A stretch of DNA of 64,000 bases from Myxococcota bacterium (GTDB lineage Bacteria > Myxococcota_A > UBA9160 > SZUA-336): positions 1,248,001 through 1,312,000 of the forward strand of contig CBDFGR010000003.1 in NCBI GenBank assembly GCA_965247115.1, read 5' to 3'. A program made the translations under genes and the position numbers. Below, piece after piece: positions 19,835-29,230 of this stretch. Position 1 is the stretch's first letter. Each line of letters starts with the position of its first letter. The notes below the pieces were generated by a model that made no database searches, was not told the origin of the DNA, and saw only the letters and a list, made by a program, of their open reading frames with translations.

Positions 19835-19882
19835 GTGTCCACACTGGATCAAGGGCGGGTGTCCACACTGAATCAAGGGCGG
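19835..19882. repeat. 24-bp tandem duplication
   Basis: GTGTCCACACTGGATCAAGGGCGG followed by GTGTCCACACTGAATCAAGGGCGG (1 mismatch). Confidence 0.9.
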
Positions 19883-19900
19883 AACGGGACACGCCGATTG
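19873..19900 (+). promoter_or_regulatory. Sigma-28 (FliA)-like promoter of motAB
   Basis: TCAAG-N15-GCCGATTG ending 14 nt before the motA GTG. Confidence 0.6.
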
Positions 19901-19914
19901 CATTAGCAGCCCTC

Positions 19915-20742
19915 GTGGACCTCACTACTCTCATTGGGATCGCCCTTGGCGCGAGCTGCATCCTCGTCGGGCAGGCGCTCGAGGGGGGCCAGCTGGGGTC
20001 CATGGTCCAGCTGACGGCCTTCGTGATCGTCATCGGAGGCACCCTTGGGGCGTTGATCACGCAGTTCCCAGCGCCCGAGCTCAAACGGGCACTGCGCGAA
20101 GTACGCCACGTGCTCGTCAGCCGCCGTCCGCGGCTCGAGCCGCTCATCGCACAGATGGTGGAGCTCGCGCGGCGCTCACGGCGTGACGGTCTGCTCGCCC
20201 TCGAAGACGACGTCGTGCGATCGAACGACCCGTTTCTCAGACAGGCGATCATGTCACTCGTCGACGGCTACGACGGTCCCACGCTGCGCTCCATGCTGGA
20301 GGGCATGATCGACTACGAAGAAGAGTGTCGCGCGCCGGGACCGCGCTTCTTCGAGGCCGCGGGTGGCTACGCGCCGACCATTGGGATCATCGGCGCGGTG
20401 ATGGGACTCATCCAGGTGATGGAGCATCTGGATGACCCGTCGCAGCTCGGCTCAGGCATCGCCGTCGCTTTTGTCGCGACCATCTACGGCGTCGCCAGCG
20501 CCAACCTCGTGTTCCTGCCTTTTGCCGAGAAGCTCAAGATGAAGATCCGCGCCGACCTGCGCTGCAAGGAAATGATCGTGGAGGGGATCTGCTCGATTCA
20601 GGAAGGCCTGCACCCCCAGACACTCGGCAAGCGCCTCGAGGTCTACACGCTGTTCGAGGCAAAGAGCCGCACAAGCGGGGCGAGCCCCGCACGCACGCCC
20701 ACACCGTGGAACGCGAGCAGTGAGAGCAAGAAGGACTTCTGA
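19915..20742 (+). CDS. motA: Flagellar-type stator protein MotA
   Basis: 'MDLTTLIGI', 'RRDGLLALE', 'GGYAPTIGIIGAVMGLI', 'GIAVAFVATIYGV'. Confidence 0.9.
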   Translation: MDLTTLIGIALGASCILVGQALEGGQLGSMVQLTAFVIVIGGTLGALITQFPAPELKRALREVRHVLVSRRPRLEPLIAQMVELARRSRRDGLLALEDDVVRSNDPFLRQAIMSLVDGYDGPTLRSMLEGMIDYEEECRAPGPRFFEAAGGYAPTIGIIGAVMGLIQVMEHLDDPSQLGSGIAVAFVATIYGVASANLVFLPFAEKLKMKIRADLRCKEMIVEGICSIQEGLHPQTLGKRLEVYTLFEAKSRTSGASPARTPTPWNASSESKKDF

Positions 20743-21490
20743 GCTGCGCCGCCGACCGCGGCAGGGGCACAGCGCGGGCTCCGCGCGCTGGCTGATCTCC
20801 TACGCCGACTTCATCACACTGCTCTTCGCTTTCTTCACGACGCTCTACGCCATCTCCGTCACCGACGCCACCAAGGCCGAACGCCTGGTTCACTCCATCC
20901 GCGAGTCGTTCGGCACCGCGCTGTTCGAGTTCGGACCGGAGGATGCCGGCCTGCTCGAGCAGTTTGGGGGAGCGGCCACGCGCAGCGGCGACGGCTCCGC
21001 GGCACACCCCGCCGAGCCGGAGCGCGGGCTCGACCTGTTGGGCGAGCGCGCGAGGGAGGTCTCCCGTCAGCTGGGGCGGGCCAGCGGGCTGGCCGTCAGG
21101 CGCACCGAGGAGGGTCTGGTGATCAGCCTGGCGGACACCGTCTTCTTCGGACTCGGCCAGCTGGAGCTCCTTACCAGTGCGCGCGCGCGACTCGCCGAGG
21201 TAGCAGCGCTATTGCGCGAGGTTCCCAACCACGTGCGCGTGGAGGGTCACAGCGACAACCAGCCGGTCGCCACGGCGCGCTTCCCGAGCAACTGGCACCT
21301 CTCATCCGCGCGAGCCGTCGAGGTGCTGCGCGAGCTCGAGGCGCTGGGGATCGCACGGGATCGGCTCTCGAGCGCGGGCTTTGCTGACCAGCGACCGCTC
21401 GTCTCGAACGGAACTGTGGAAGGCAGGCGCATCAATCGACGCGTGGACCTCGTCGTACTGCGCGCGCGGCTCTCGGCACACGATCCCTGA
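20720..21490 (+). CDS. motB: Stator protein MotB (OmpA-like peptidoglycan-binding domain)
   Basis: 'WLISYADFITLLFAFF', 'VEGHSDN', 'NWHLSSARA', 'NRRVDLV'. Confidence 0.9.
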   Translation: MRARRTSELRRRPRQGHSAGSARWLISYADFITLLFAFFTTLYAISVTDATKAERLVHSIRESFGTALFEFGPEDAGLLEQFGGAATRSGDGSAAHPAEPERGLDLLGERAREVSRQLGRASGLAVRRTEEGLVISLADTVFFGLGQLELLTSARARLAEVAALLREVPNHVRVEGHSDNQPVATARFPSNWHLSSARAVEVLRELEALGIARDRLSSAGFADQRPLVSNGTVEGRRINRRVDLVVLRARLSAHDP

Positions 21491-21512
21491 GCCGACACGC
21501 TATCCTCCTCTC

Positions 21513-23450
21513 ATGTCGGACCGACCCTGGATCCTCCGCACGTACTCCGGTCACTCGAGTGCGCGCGCATCGAACGAGCTCTACCGCAGCAACCTCGAAA
21601 AGGGTCAGACGGGACTGTCCATCGCCTTCGACCTACCGACGCAGACCGGCTACGACGCGGACCACGAGCTGTCGCAGGGTGAGGTCGGCCGAGTCGGTGT
21701 CCCGATTGGATCGATCGAAGACATGGAGGCGTTGCTCGACGGCATCCCGCTCGATCGCATGAACACGTCGATGACGATCAACGCTACGGCCGCCTGGCTG
21801 CTGGCACTGTACGTCGCCGTCGCGGAACGGCGAGGGATCAGCCGGTCGAGCCTCGCGGGCACCACGCAGAACGACATCATCAAGGAGTACCTCTCCCGAG
21901 GAACCTACATCTTTCCGCCACGCGCCTCGCTGAACCTGACGCGCCAGATCATCGAGTTCTCGGTGGAGGAGGTCCCGAGCTGGAACCCGATCAACATCTG
22001 CTCGTACCACCTGCAGGAGGTGGGCGCGACTCCCGTGCAGGAGGTCGCCTTCGCCCTCGCCAACGCACTGGCCGTCCTGGACGAGGTCGCAGTTCCAAAA
22101 GAGAAGCTTCCCTCAGTGTTCGGACGCATTTCGTTCTTCTGCAATGCGGGCATCCGCTTCGTGGAGGAGATGTGCAAGATGCGCGCTTTTACGCGCATGT
22201 GGGACCGGATTGGACGGGAGCGCTACGACGTCGACGATCCGAAGCTGCGGCGCTTCCGCTACGGCGTACAGGTGAACTCGCTCGGCCTCACCGAGGCACA
22301 GCCGGAGAACAACATCCCCCGCATCGCATTGGAGGCGCTCGGCGTAACACTGTCTCGTGACGCGCGTTGTCGCTCCCTTCAGCTGCCGGCCTGGAACGAA
22401 GCACTCGGGCTGCCGAGGCCCTGGGACCAGCAGTGGTCGCTGCGCATCCAGCAGATCCTGGCACACGAGACCGACCTCCTGGAGTACGGGGACGTGTTCG
22501 AAGGCTCGCGAGTCATCGAGGACAAGGTCGCGGAGATCGAGGAGGGTGCGTGGGCAGAGATCGCGCGTATCGAGGAGATGGGGGGCGCGATCAGCGCCGT
22601 CGAATCCGGCTACATGAAGCGTGCACTCGTCGAGTCAAATGCTCACCGCATCTCCCAGATCCAATCCGGCGAGCGGACCCTCGTCGGCGTGAACCGCTTC
22701 CAGGAGAGTAGCGCGTCTCCGCTCACGGACGGACAGATTGACGCGCTCCGGGTCGACGAGTCCGCAACGCGCGAGCAGATCGAGCGCCTGCGCGCACACC
22801 GCGCAACGCGCAGTAGCGGCGAGGTGGAGCGGGCGCTACGCGCCCTCAAGGGAGCGCTCGCGAAGGGCTCGAACGTCATGCCGGCGTCGATCGAGTGCGC
22901 CAACGCCGGGGTCACTACCGGCGAGTGGTCGGACACCCTGCGCAAGGCCTTTGGCGAGTACCGCGCGCCGACGGGCGTTGAGGCACCGATCCAGCTGCGT
23001 GAGTCCGGCGACATCGAGGCGCTGCGCCGACGCGTGGACGAGGTCTCGAAGCGGCTCGGACGCCGCCTCAAGGCCCTGATCGGCAAGCCAGGGCTCGACG
23101 GGCACTCGAGCGGGGCGGAGCAGATCGCGATCTTCGCACGGGAAGCGGGCTTCGAGGTCGTGTACCAGGGAATCCGGCTGACACCCGAGGAGATCGTGAG
23201 CTCGGCCGAGCAGGAGGGCGTGCACCTGATCGGACTCTCGATCCTGTCCGGGTCGCATCTCTTGCTCGCCCCAGAGGTTGCCCGGCGCGTCGCGGTCCCC
23301 GTTGTCGTCGGTGGGATCATTCCTGAGGCGGACGCTCGGACACTCCTCGAGAACGGAGTGGCGGCCGTGTACACCCCGCGCGACTACGACGTCCACCGGA
23401 TCATCGGCGAGATGATCGAGCTCAGCGCGCGGGCCCACGATCTTGGCTGA
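21513..23450 (+). CDS. ecm: Ethylmalonyl-CoA mutase (MeaA/Ecm), B12-dependent
   Basis: 'DRPWILRTYSGHSSARASNELYRSNL..GQTGLSIAFDLPTQTGYD'; B12 domain 'GKPGLDGHSSGAEQIA' of the Ecm subfamily; start moved to ATG 21513. Confidence 0.88.
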   Translation: MSDRPWILRTYSGHSSARASNELYRSNLEKGQTGLSIAFDLPTQTGYDADHELSQGEVGRVGVPIGSIEDMEALLDGIPLDRMNTSMTINATAAWLLALYVAVAERRGISRSSLAGTTQNDIIKEYLSRGTYIFPPRASLNLTRQIIEFSVEEVPSWNPINICSYHLQEVGATPVQEVAFALANALAVLDEVAVPKEKLPSVFGRISFFCNAGIRFVEEMCKMRAFTRMWDRIGRERYDVDDPKLRRFRYGVQVNSLGLTEAQPENNIPRIALEALGVTLSRDARCRSLQLPAWNEALGLPRPWDQQWSLRIQQILAHETDLLEYGDVFEGSRVIEDKVAEIEEGAWAEIARIEEMGGAISAVESGYMKRALVESNAHRISQIQSGERTLVGVNRFQESSASPLTDGQIDALRVDESATREQIERLRAHRATRSSGEVERALRALKGALAKGSNVMPASIECANAGVTTGEWSDTLRKAFGEYRAPTGVEAPIQLRESGDIEALRRRVDEVSKRLGRRLKALIGKPGLDGHSSGAEQIAIFAREAGFEVVYQGIRLTPEEIVSSAEQEGVHLIGLSILSGSHLLLAPEVARRVAVPVVVGGIIPEADARTLLENGVAAVYTPRDYDVHRIIGEMIELSARAHDLG

Positions 23451-24408
23451 CGAGCTCGCGGCGCTCGTTCAAAGAACACTCAAGCAGGAGCGCGCCGCCA
23501 TTGCGGAGGCGATCAGCCGCGTCGAAGACGTGCGCCCGCGCATGCTCCCAACGCAGCGCGAGCTGATCCGCCTACTCGAAGCAGAGACGCCTGCGGACCA
23601 CAGCGTGCTCGGGCTCACCGGCCCGCCAGGCGTCGGCAAGAGCACCCTCGCGGGCGCGCTCATCCAGCATTGGCTCGAGCAGGGGAACGGTGTGGGCATG
23701 GTTGCCGTGGATCCGTCGAGCCGGCGTTCCGGCGGGGCGCTGCTCGGCGATCGCGCCCGCCTGCGCTTCGAGTCGGAGGCCCGTGTCTTCGTGCGCTCCA
23801 TGGCCTCGGGGGAACAGCTCGGCGGACTCGCTCCAGCCACGCGCGCCGCCGTGGTCGTACTGCGCGCGGCATTCCACTGGACGCTCGTAGAGACGGTGGG
23901 TGTCGGCCAGTCCGAGGTCGACGTGGAGACCGTCACCGACACTGTGGTGCTGGTGCTTCAGCCCGGCTCCGGAGACACACTCCAGTTCATGAAGGCAGGA
24001 ATTCTCGAGATCCCGGACGTGCTCGTGATCCACAAGTGGGATCTGGGGGCCCCGGCCGAGCGCACCCGCGCCGACCTGGAGTCCATGCTCTCACTTCGCT
24101 CCCTTCCAGACGGAGCGTGGAAGCCGCCCGTGATCGGCGTGAGCGCGGAGACGGGGCATGGTGTCGCGACGCTCGCGAGCGAGATCGCGCGCCACCGCTC
24201 ACACCTCGAGGCGGCGGGCGAGCTCGAGCGCCGACGCAGGATGCAACGCGAGGCCTGGGTGATGGAGCTCTTCGAGCGCCGCTACGGCAGCTTCGGACTC
24301 GAGCGTCTCGGTGGCAGGAAGGCGCTGCGCGAGCTCACAAAAGAGAGCGGTGGCTCGGCGCTCGAGGTGTTCAGCCAGCTCTCCAGCCGAGCAGGACTCG
24401 AGCCGTAG
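23443..24408 (+). CDS. meaB: MeaB/ArgK GTPase, acyl-CoA mutase chaperone
   Basis: 'GLTGPPGVGKST', 'VDPSS...GGALLGDRAR', 'ETVGVGQSE'. Confidence 0.93.
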   Translation: MADELAALVQRTLKQERAAIAEAISRVEDVRPRMLPTQRELIRLLEAETPADHSVLGLTGPPGVGKSTLAGALIQHWLEQGNGVGMVAVDPSSRRSGGALLGDRARLRFESEARVFVRSMASGEQLGGLAPATRAAVVVLRAAFHWTLVETVGVGQSEVDVETVTDTVVLVLQPGSGDTLQFMKAGILEIPDVLVIHKWDLGAPAERTRADLESMLSLRSLPDGAWKPPVIGVSAETGHGVATLASEIARHRSHLEAAGELERRRRMQREAWVMELFERRYGSFGLERLGGRKALRELTKESGGSALEVFSQLSSRAGLEP

Positions 24409-24973
24409 CAGGGTCGAGGTCCATCGACTCGATCAGGGTGTCGTAGTCGCTGAGCACCTGAAGCCGCACGCCCGCAGCCTCGAATTCGCGTTCCGCCTCC
24501 GGAAAGCCATAGCTGAAGATCGCCTGAACGCCGACCACCTTGCCGCCCTCTTCCTCGAGGGCGCGAACTGCAGAGAGCGCGCTGCCACCCAGGGATACGA
24601 GGTCTTCGATCAGCACGACGCGCTCGCCCTCGAGCGGCTTGCCCTCCACGCGCTTCGCCTGCCCGTGTCCCTTCACCGTGCCGCGCACGTAGACCATGGG
24701 ACGCTGCAGACGTTCCGCGACCCAAGCAGCGAAGGGGATGGCGGCGGTCGCGGTCCCCGCAACCACCTCGGCGTGGGGGAACCCACTTCGCACCTGGTCC
24801 GCGAGCGCGTTGGCCACGCGGTCGCGCGCGTACGGATACGAGATCAGCACACGGTTGTCGCAGTAGATGGGCGCGCGCTTGCCCGAGGTCCAGGTGAACC
24901 AATCCTCGGGCTCCGTGCGCAGCTCGACCGCCCCCGTCTCGAGCAGGAGCCCGATCACCTCGCGCTGGTTCAT
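24371..24973 (-). CDS. pyrE: Orotate phosphoribosyltransferase
   Basis: 'FTWTSGKRAPIYCDNR', PRPP motif 'VVLIEDLVSLGGS'. Confidence 0.93.
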   Translation of the reverse strand: MNQREVIGLLLETGAVELRTEPEDWFTWTSGKRAPIYCDNRVLISYPYARDRVANALADQVRSGFPHAEVVAGTATAAIPFAAWVAERLQRPMVYVRGTVKGHGQAKRVEGKPLEGERVVLIEDLVSLGGSALSAVRALEEEGGKVVGVQAIFSYGFPEAEREFEAAGVRLQVLSDYDTLIESMDLDPATARVLLGWRAG

Positions 24974-25533
24974 CGCTCGCGCCCCGACCAGGCGGTCTCG
25001 CCCTCACCCGCCCGGTGGTTCGCTGTGCGCGCCATGACAAAGAGCAGGTCGGACAGACGATTCAGATAGCGGATCAGCAACGGAGCGACGGCTTCGCGAG
25101 CGGCCAGCGCGATCACCTGCCGTTCGGCACGCCGACAAACCGTTCGAGCCAGGTGCAGCGTGGCCGCAGCTCGCGTTCCGCCCGGCAGGATGAACTGACG
25201 CAGGGGCGTGAGCTCCGTCTCCATCTGGTCGATCCAGCGCTCCAGCTGCTCGACCTCCGCTTCGGCCACCCGGGGCAATCCCTTGCCCTTCCCCTCCAGC
25301 GCCTCGACATCTGGGATCGCGAGCTCTCCCCCCAGATCGAAGAGCGAGGATTGAATGGTCAACAGCCACCCACTCAGATCCTGCTCCTCGAGCTCCGCCC
25401 GCGCCGATCCCACCGCCGCGTTCAACTCGTCGACCTCACCGTAAGCGGCGACACGGGCCGAGTCCTTACGCACACGCTGGCCTCCGAAGAGCCCCGTCTC
25501 GCCACCGTCACCGGCCCGCGTGTAGACCTTCAC
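24970..25533 (-). CDS. pduO: PduO-type cob(I)alamin adenosyltransferase
   Basis: 'KVYTRAGDGGET', 'YGEVDELN', 'RTVCRRAER', 'YLNRLSDLLF'. Confidence 0.95.
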   Translation of the reverse strand: MKVYTRAGDGGETGLFGGQRVRKDSARVAAYGEVDELNAAVGSARAELEEQDLSGWLLTIQSSLFDLGGELAIPDVEALEGKGKGLPRVAEAEVEQLERWIDQMETELTPLRQFILPGGTRAAATLHLARTVCRRAERQVIALAAREAVAPLLIRYLNRLSDLLFVMARTANHRAGEGETAWSGRER

Positions 25534-25548
25534 GCCGCCGAGTATAGA

Positions 25549-25732
25549 CTTGTGGGACCCGGCCGCGGGCGTCCGCGGCCACCCACCTCCGCTCAGGCCC
25601 AGGGCCTTCGCTGCGCGCGCCGCGTCCGCAGCGCTTGCATTCTTGTGGGACCCGGCCGCGGGCGTCCGCGGCCACCCACTCTTCGTTCGGCTTCGTCTCG
25701 CTGCGCGTCCCGCCTACGGCGGGACTTGCGGG
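25549..25732 (-). repeat. Repeat family A, two tandem short copies (A3 25549..25639; A4 variant 25641..25732)
   Basis: Both begin CTTGTGGGACCCGGCCGCGGGCGTCCGCGGCCACCCAC; A4 carries a different hairpin, TCCCGCC-TAC-GGCGGGA. Confidence 0.9.
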
Positions 25733-25795
25733 CGCCACGACCCAAGTGGGGTCAGAGGGGTTGATGAGTCGGTGCCGATTTCCGATGGATAGGGG

Positions 25796-26089
25796 GTGGG
25801 TAGAGAATCGACCGCTCCGGTGGCTGGAACCTGCGACAGGTGCGGCTGCGCGCTCGGCTACCACGCCAGCTACCGGGCTGATGCCTGGTATTGCTGCGGC
25901 GCCTGCGCCGGGAGTGATCGCTGCGCGTGCGGCTGCAAGCCCGAATTCGCGCGCGAGGCTCCGACCGATGCCTACGTGCCGACGCGCAGGATGTTCGCCT
26001 CGCGGCACTCCGACGAACTGAAGACCAGACAGGACGACGAGCAGCGCTCCCGTGCCTTCCCCTTCGCAGATCGCAGGCGCGGCCGGTAG
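25796..26089 (+). CDS. Small Cys-rich protein, bacterial metallothionein-like
   Basis: 'CDRCGC...WYCCGACA...CACGC' resembles the SmtA/BmtA Cys pattern; start uncertain. Confidence 0.55.
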   Translation: MGRESTAPVAGTCDRCGCALGYHASYRADAWYCCGACAGSDRCACGCKPEFAREAPTDAYVPTRRMFASRHSDELKTRQDDEQRSRAFPFADRRRGR

Positions 26090-26349
26090 GTCTTGTGGGA
26101 CCCGGCCGCGGGCCTGTCTTGCGGGACCCTGCGCGCGAGCGGTCGCGCGCCACCCGCTCTCCGCTCAGGGCTTCGCCCTTCGCTGCGCGCACCGCGTTCG
26201 CGGCGCTTGCAGGTTGCCAAGCCCCGTAGGAGGTTGCCGGTGCTTCACGGAATCAGAACTTGGGGACGGTCCTTAATCCGAACTTGTTTGGCTGGAGTCG
26301 GAACTTCTAGTCATTGAGGTGGGACTCTCGGGCACATTCGTTCATCTAG
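26090..26349 (-). repeat. Repeat family A, long copy (A5)
   Basis: Reverse-complement match to 45..276, ending at CTAG (26346..26349); the GTCTTG(T/C)GGGACCC end is duplicated internally. Confidence 0.9.
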
Positions 26350-26377
26350 GCGTCGCCGCGGTCGTCTCACGCGGAAT

Positions 26378-26617
26378 AAGTTCGGATTAAGGACCGTCCC
26401 CAAGTTCGGTTTCTTGCTCCGAGAACAAGTTCGGATTAAGGACCGTCCCTAAGTTCAGTTCTGACGGCCGTCGCAGGTGCAGATTCCGTGGAGCACCGGC
26501 AACCTCCTACGGGGCTTGGCAACCTGCAAGCGCCGCGCTAGCGGCGCGCGCAGCGAAGGCCAAAGGCCTGAGCGGAGGTGGGTGGCCGCGGCCGCCCGCG
26601 GCCGGGTCCCACAAGAC
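26378..26617 (+). repeat. Repeat family A copy (A6) with doubled AAGTTCGGATTAAGGACCGTCCC module
   Basis: Ends GGGTCCCACAAGAC flush against the stop codon at 26618; forms an inverted pair with A5. Confidence 0.9.
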
Positions 26618-27631
26618 TCAAAGCCTGGTCAGCCCGGGTGCGGCCAGCTCGTAGCCGGATAGAAGCTCGAGGCGCGCGCGGAGTGCACCCGAGCCGATGA
26701 GCTCTCCCAGCGCCTGAATTCCTGGCAGCTCTGTGAAGGGCTCGCCGATCCAGAGCTCCACACGGTGTTCCTCGAGCGGCTCGAAGGTGAGCTCGTAGGC
26801 ACGGGCGCAGGGCTCGATTGTGAGCGCGCCGTCCACTTCGCCCAGCGATGCGCGCCTGGCGGCGTCGATGTGGCTCGCGGCGATCGGCCCGCGCACGCGC
26901 GCGCTCGATCCCACCCGGCGCAGGGCCCGCGAGAGTGCCTTCTGGGCAGAGGCGCCCGGATCGCGCTGGGCGAGGCGGATCGACGCGTCCACCAGCGCCT
27001 CGAGGCGCAGATCGCTCGACGCAGCCGACGCGATACCCACGCGCCAGCGCGCCAGCGCGTAGCCGGCCGTGTCCGACGGCCGGCTACGCAGGTCGCTGGA
27101 ACGTCCGTGAACCAGTGCCGCATGGCAGCGCCCCGCCGCGAGAGCCCGGCGGGCAGCAGCGGTGGTGGCGTGAACGGGGACGGCGCGGTGACCGCGGGTC
27201 GGTAGCAGATCCGCGATCAGACCGAGAGCCGGGTCGCAGCCCGCGAGCACCACTCCGCGCGTCTCGGAGCCGGGATGGATCTGGACGCGACCATCCCGCA
27301 ACACCGCGTCGGGTGCCCGAAATAGCTCGGCTCCCGCGCCGCGATCGGCGAGCGCCGCGTACACGAGACGATCGCCCACCCGACCGACGCGCAGGGCAGC
27401 CCCGTCGCGAGCCGGAGCAACCACGGGTACCGCCTCGACCGGGGCACTGGGGAAGAGCTCCTCCAGGGGAACATCGAGCGCCCGGGCCAGGGCTAGAGCG
27501 GTTGTCACACTGGGAACGTGACGTCCGCCCTCGATGGCGGAGACTTGGGCCCGACTCACTCCGGCCTCGCGCGCGAGCTCGGCCTGCGTCCAGCTCGTGG
27601 CGACGCGGCGTTCGCGCACGGCACTCGTCAT
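26618..27631 (-). CDS. XRE-HTH regulator fused to a PBP-like (molybdate-binding type) domain
   Basis: 'WTQAELAREAGVSRAQVSAIEGGRHVPS', 'LAGCDPALG', 'QRDPGASAQ'; divergent from modABC. Confidence 0.85.
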   Translation of the reverse strand: MTSAVRERRVATSWTQAELAREAGVSRAQVSAIEGGRHVPSVTTALALARALDVPLEELFPSAPVEAVPVVAPARDGAALRVGRVGDRLVYAALADRGAGAELFRAPDAVLRDGRVQIHPGSETRGVVLAGCDPALGLIADLLPTRGHRAVPVHATTAAARRALAAGRCHAALVHGRSSDLRSRPSDTAGYALARWRVGIASAASSDLRLEALVDASIRLAQRDPGASAQKALSRALRRVGSSARVRGPIAASHIDAARRASLGEVDGALTIEPCARAYELTFEPLEEHRVELWIGEPFTELPGIQALGELIGSGALRARLELLSGYELAAPGLTRL

Positions 27632-27635
27632 ACAA

Positions 27636-27660
27636 GTATCCTATCGTTCTGACAGAATAC
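27636..27660. promoter_or_regulatory. Imperfect palindromic operator between the regulator and modA
   Basis: GTATCCTATC-gttct-GACAGAATAC (8/10 arm complementarity) in an AT-rich 40-bp gap. Confidence 0.55.
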
Positions 27661-27671
27661 CATCAATCCGA

Positions 27672-28451
27672 ATGAGCTGTTCGAACGCTACAGTCGGCCA
27701 GTGGGGGCGTGCGCTCAGCGGGGCCCTGCTGGCGCTCCAGCTGGGCTGCCCACGAAGCGACGTGCCTCGTACGGACGTGGTGGTGCTGGCGGCCGCCTCG
27801 CTGAGCGACGTGTTCCGCGAGATCGGGCGAGCGTTCGAAGCCGCTCACGGCGGCCGCGTGCTGCTCAGCTTCGCGGGCTCACAGACCGTTGCCACGCAGG
27901 TCCGCGAAGGGATCCCCGCGGATGTCATCGCGGTTGCCGACCCGGCCATCGTGGCCGAGCTCGTCGCGCAGGACCTGGTGGAAGGGCCACGCTACTTCGC
28001 GAGCACGAGGCTCGTCTGGGCGCTGCGCCGCGCCCCTGACGGATCGTCGCTTGGGGATCCCGAGGATCTCCCGGACTCCGACTGGGCACTCGTCCTGGCG
28101 GTCCCCGAGGTGCCGGCCGGAGCCTACGCGCGTCGGGCGCTGGACGCGCTCGATCTACGTACGGCGGCCGAAGCGCGCCTGGTGTCTCATGAGCTCGACG
28201 TACGCGGGGTGATCGCCAAGCTGCGCCTGGCAGGGGCTGACCTCGGCATGGTCTACGCAACGGATGTGAGCCCGGAAGATCCAGAGCTCGAGCTGGTGGA
28301 GCTTCCGCAGCGCGCACAGATCATCGCCCGCTATCCCGCCGCGATGGTGCGCGGAATCCGGAATCCGGACGGCGCAGAGGCCTTCCTCGAGTTTCTCCAG
28401 GGCCCCGAGACGGGCGCGATCCTGCGACGCGCAGGCTTCGGGCCGCCATGA
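27672..28451 (+). CDS. modA: Molybdate ABC transporter substrate-binding protein
   Basis: 'VLAAASLSDVF', 'SFAGSQTVATQVREG', 'VPAGAYA', 'VYATDV'; start moved to ATG 27672. Confidence 0.9.
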   Translation: MSCSNATVGQWGRALSGALLALQLGCPRSDVPRTDVVVLAAASLSDVFREIGRAFEAAHGGRVLLSFAGSQTVATQVREGIPADVIAVADPAIVAELVAQDLVEGPRYFASTRLVWALRRAPDGSSLGDPEDLPDSDWALVLAVPEVPAGAYARRALDALDLRTAAEARLVSHELDVRGVIAKLRLAGADLGMVYATDVSPEDPELELVELPQRAQIIARYPAAMVRGIRNPDGAEAFLEFLQGPETGAILRRAGFGPP

Positions 28452-29230
28452 CATTGCGCGCCCTCCAGCTCGCCGCGCTCTACCTCGCGGCAGGCCTGGG
28501 TCTCGTGCTGACCCTGACGCCCCTGGTCGGCCTCTCGGCCCGAGCACCCTGGGCCTCTGCGTTGGAGCTACTGCAGCTGCCGGAAATCCGCTCTGCGATC
28601 TGGCTCTCCCTCACCGTCTCGCTGGCGGCTGTTGCCGCATCGCTCCTGTTCGGCTTTCCGCTGGCCTGGCTGCTCGCACGCACGAACCTGCCGGGCAAGC
28701 GCTGGCTGAGAACCTTGCTGACGTTGCCGCTGGTGCTTCCGCCGGTCGTCGCCGGAGTGGCGCTGCTCGCGGCTTTTGGTCGCTACGGATTGCTCGGCGG
28801 GTCACTCGACGCCCTCGGAATCCGGCTGCCGTTCTCAACGCTGGCCGCGGTCATCGCGGCGACCTTCGTCTCGGCTCCCCTGCTCGTGACCAGCCTCGAG
28901 AGCGCTCTCATCCAGGCCGAGGAACGCCTGGAGCAGGTCGCTGCCACGCTCGGCGCCTCCCCCTGGCGCAGCTTCTGGACCGTCCTCATGCCGTCGATCC
29001 GTCCCGCGCTTCTCGCGGGCCTGGCCCTCTGCTGGGCTCGAGCGCTCGGGGAGTTCGGTGCCACAATCACGTTTGCGGGCAACCTGGAAGGGCGCACGCA
29101 GACCCTGCCCCTCGCGATCTACCAGCTGCTGCAGAGCCGACCGCAAGCCGCCCTCCTGCTGGGCGCGCTGCTGCTCGGGGTGTCGGTGCTCGTGCTGGCT
29201 GCCCTGCGCGGGCAGCGGCCGGCCGCGTGA
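28448..29230 (+). CDS. modB: Molybdate ABC transporter permease
   Basis: 'LPLVLPPVVAG', 'WARALGEFGATITFAGN', 'TQTLPLAIY'. Confidence 0.93.
   Translation: MTLRALQLAALYLAAGLGLVLTLTPLVGLSARAPWASALELLQLPEIRSAIWLSLTVSLAAVAASLLFGFPLAWLLARTNLPGKRWLRTLLTLPLVLPPVVAGVALLAAFGRYGLLGGSLDALGIRLPFSTLAAVIAATFVSAPLLVTSLESALIQAEERLEQVAATLGASPWRSFWTVLMPSIRPALLAGLALCWARALGEFGATITFAGNLEGRTQTLPLAIYQLLQSRPQAALLLGALLLGVSVLVLAALRGQRPAA

Noticed and set aside
19915..21490. Zorya defence system (ZorAB with SNF2 and HNH genes)
   Set aside because: MotA lacks the long ZorA tail and looks like a normal stator; the SNF2 and HNH genes are more than 13 kb and more than 27 kb away
25549..26617. CRISPR array
   Set aside because: The repeats are long, irregularly spaced and in both orientations, with no unique equal-length spacers and no cas genes
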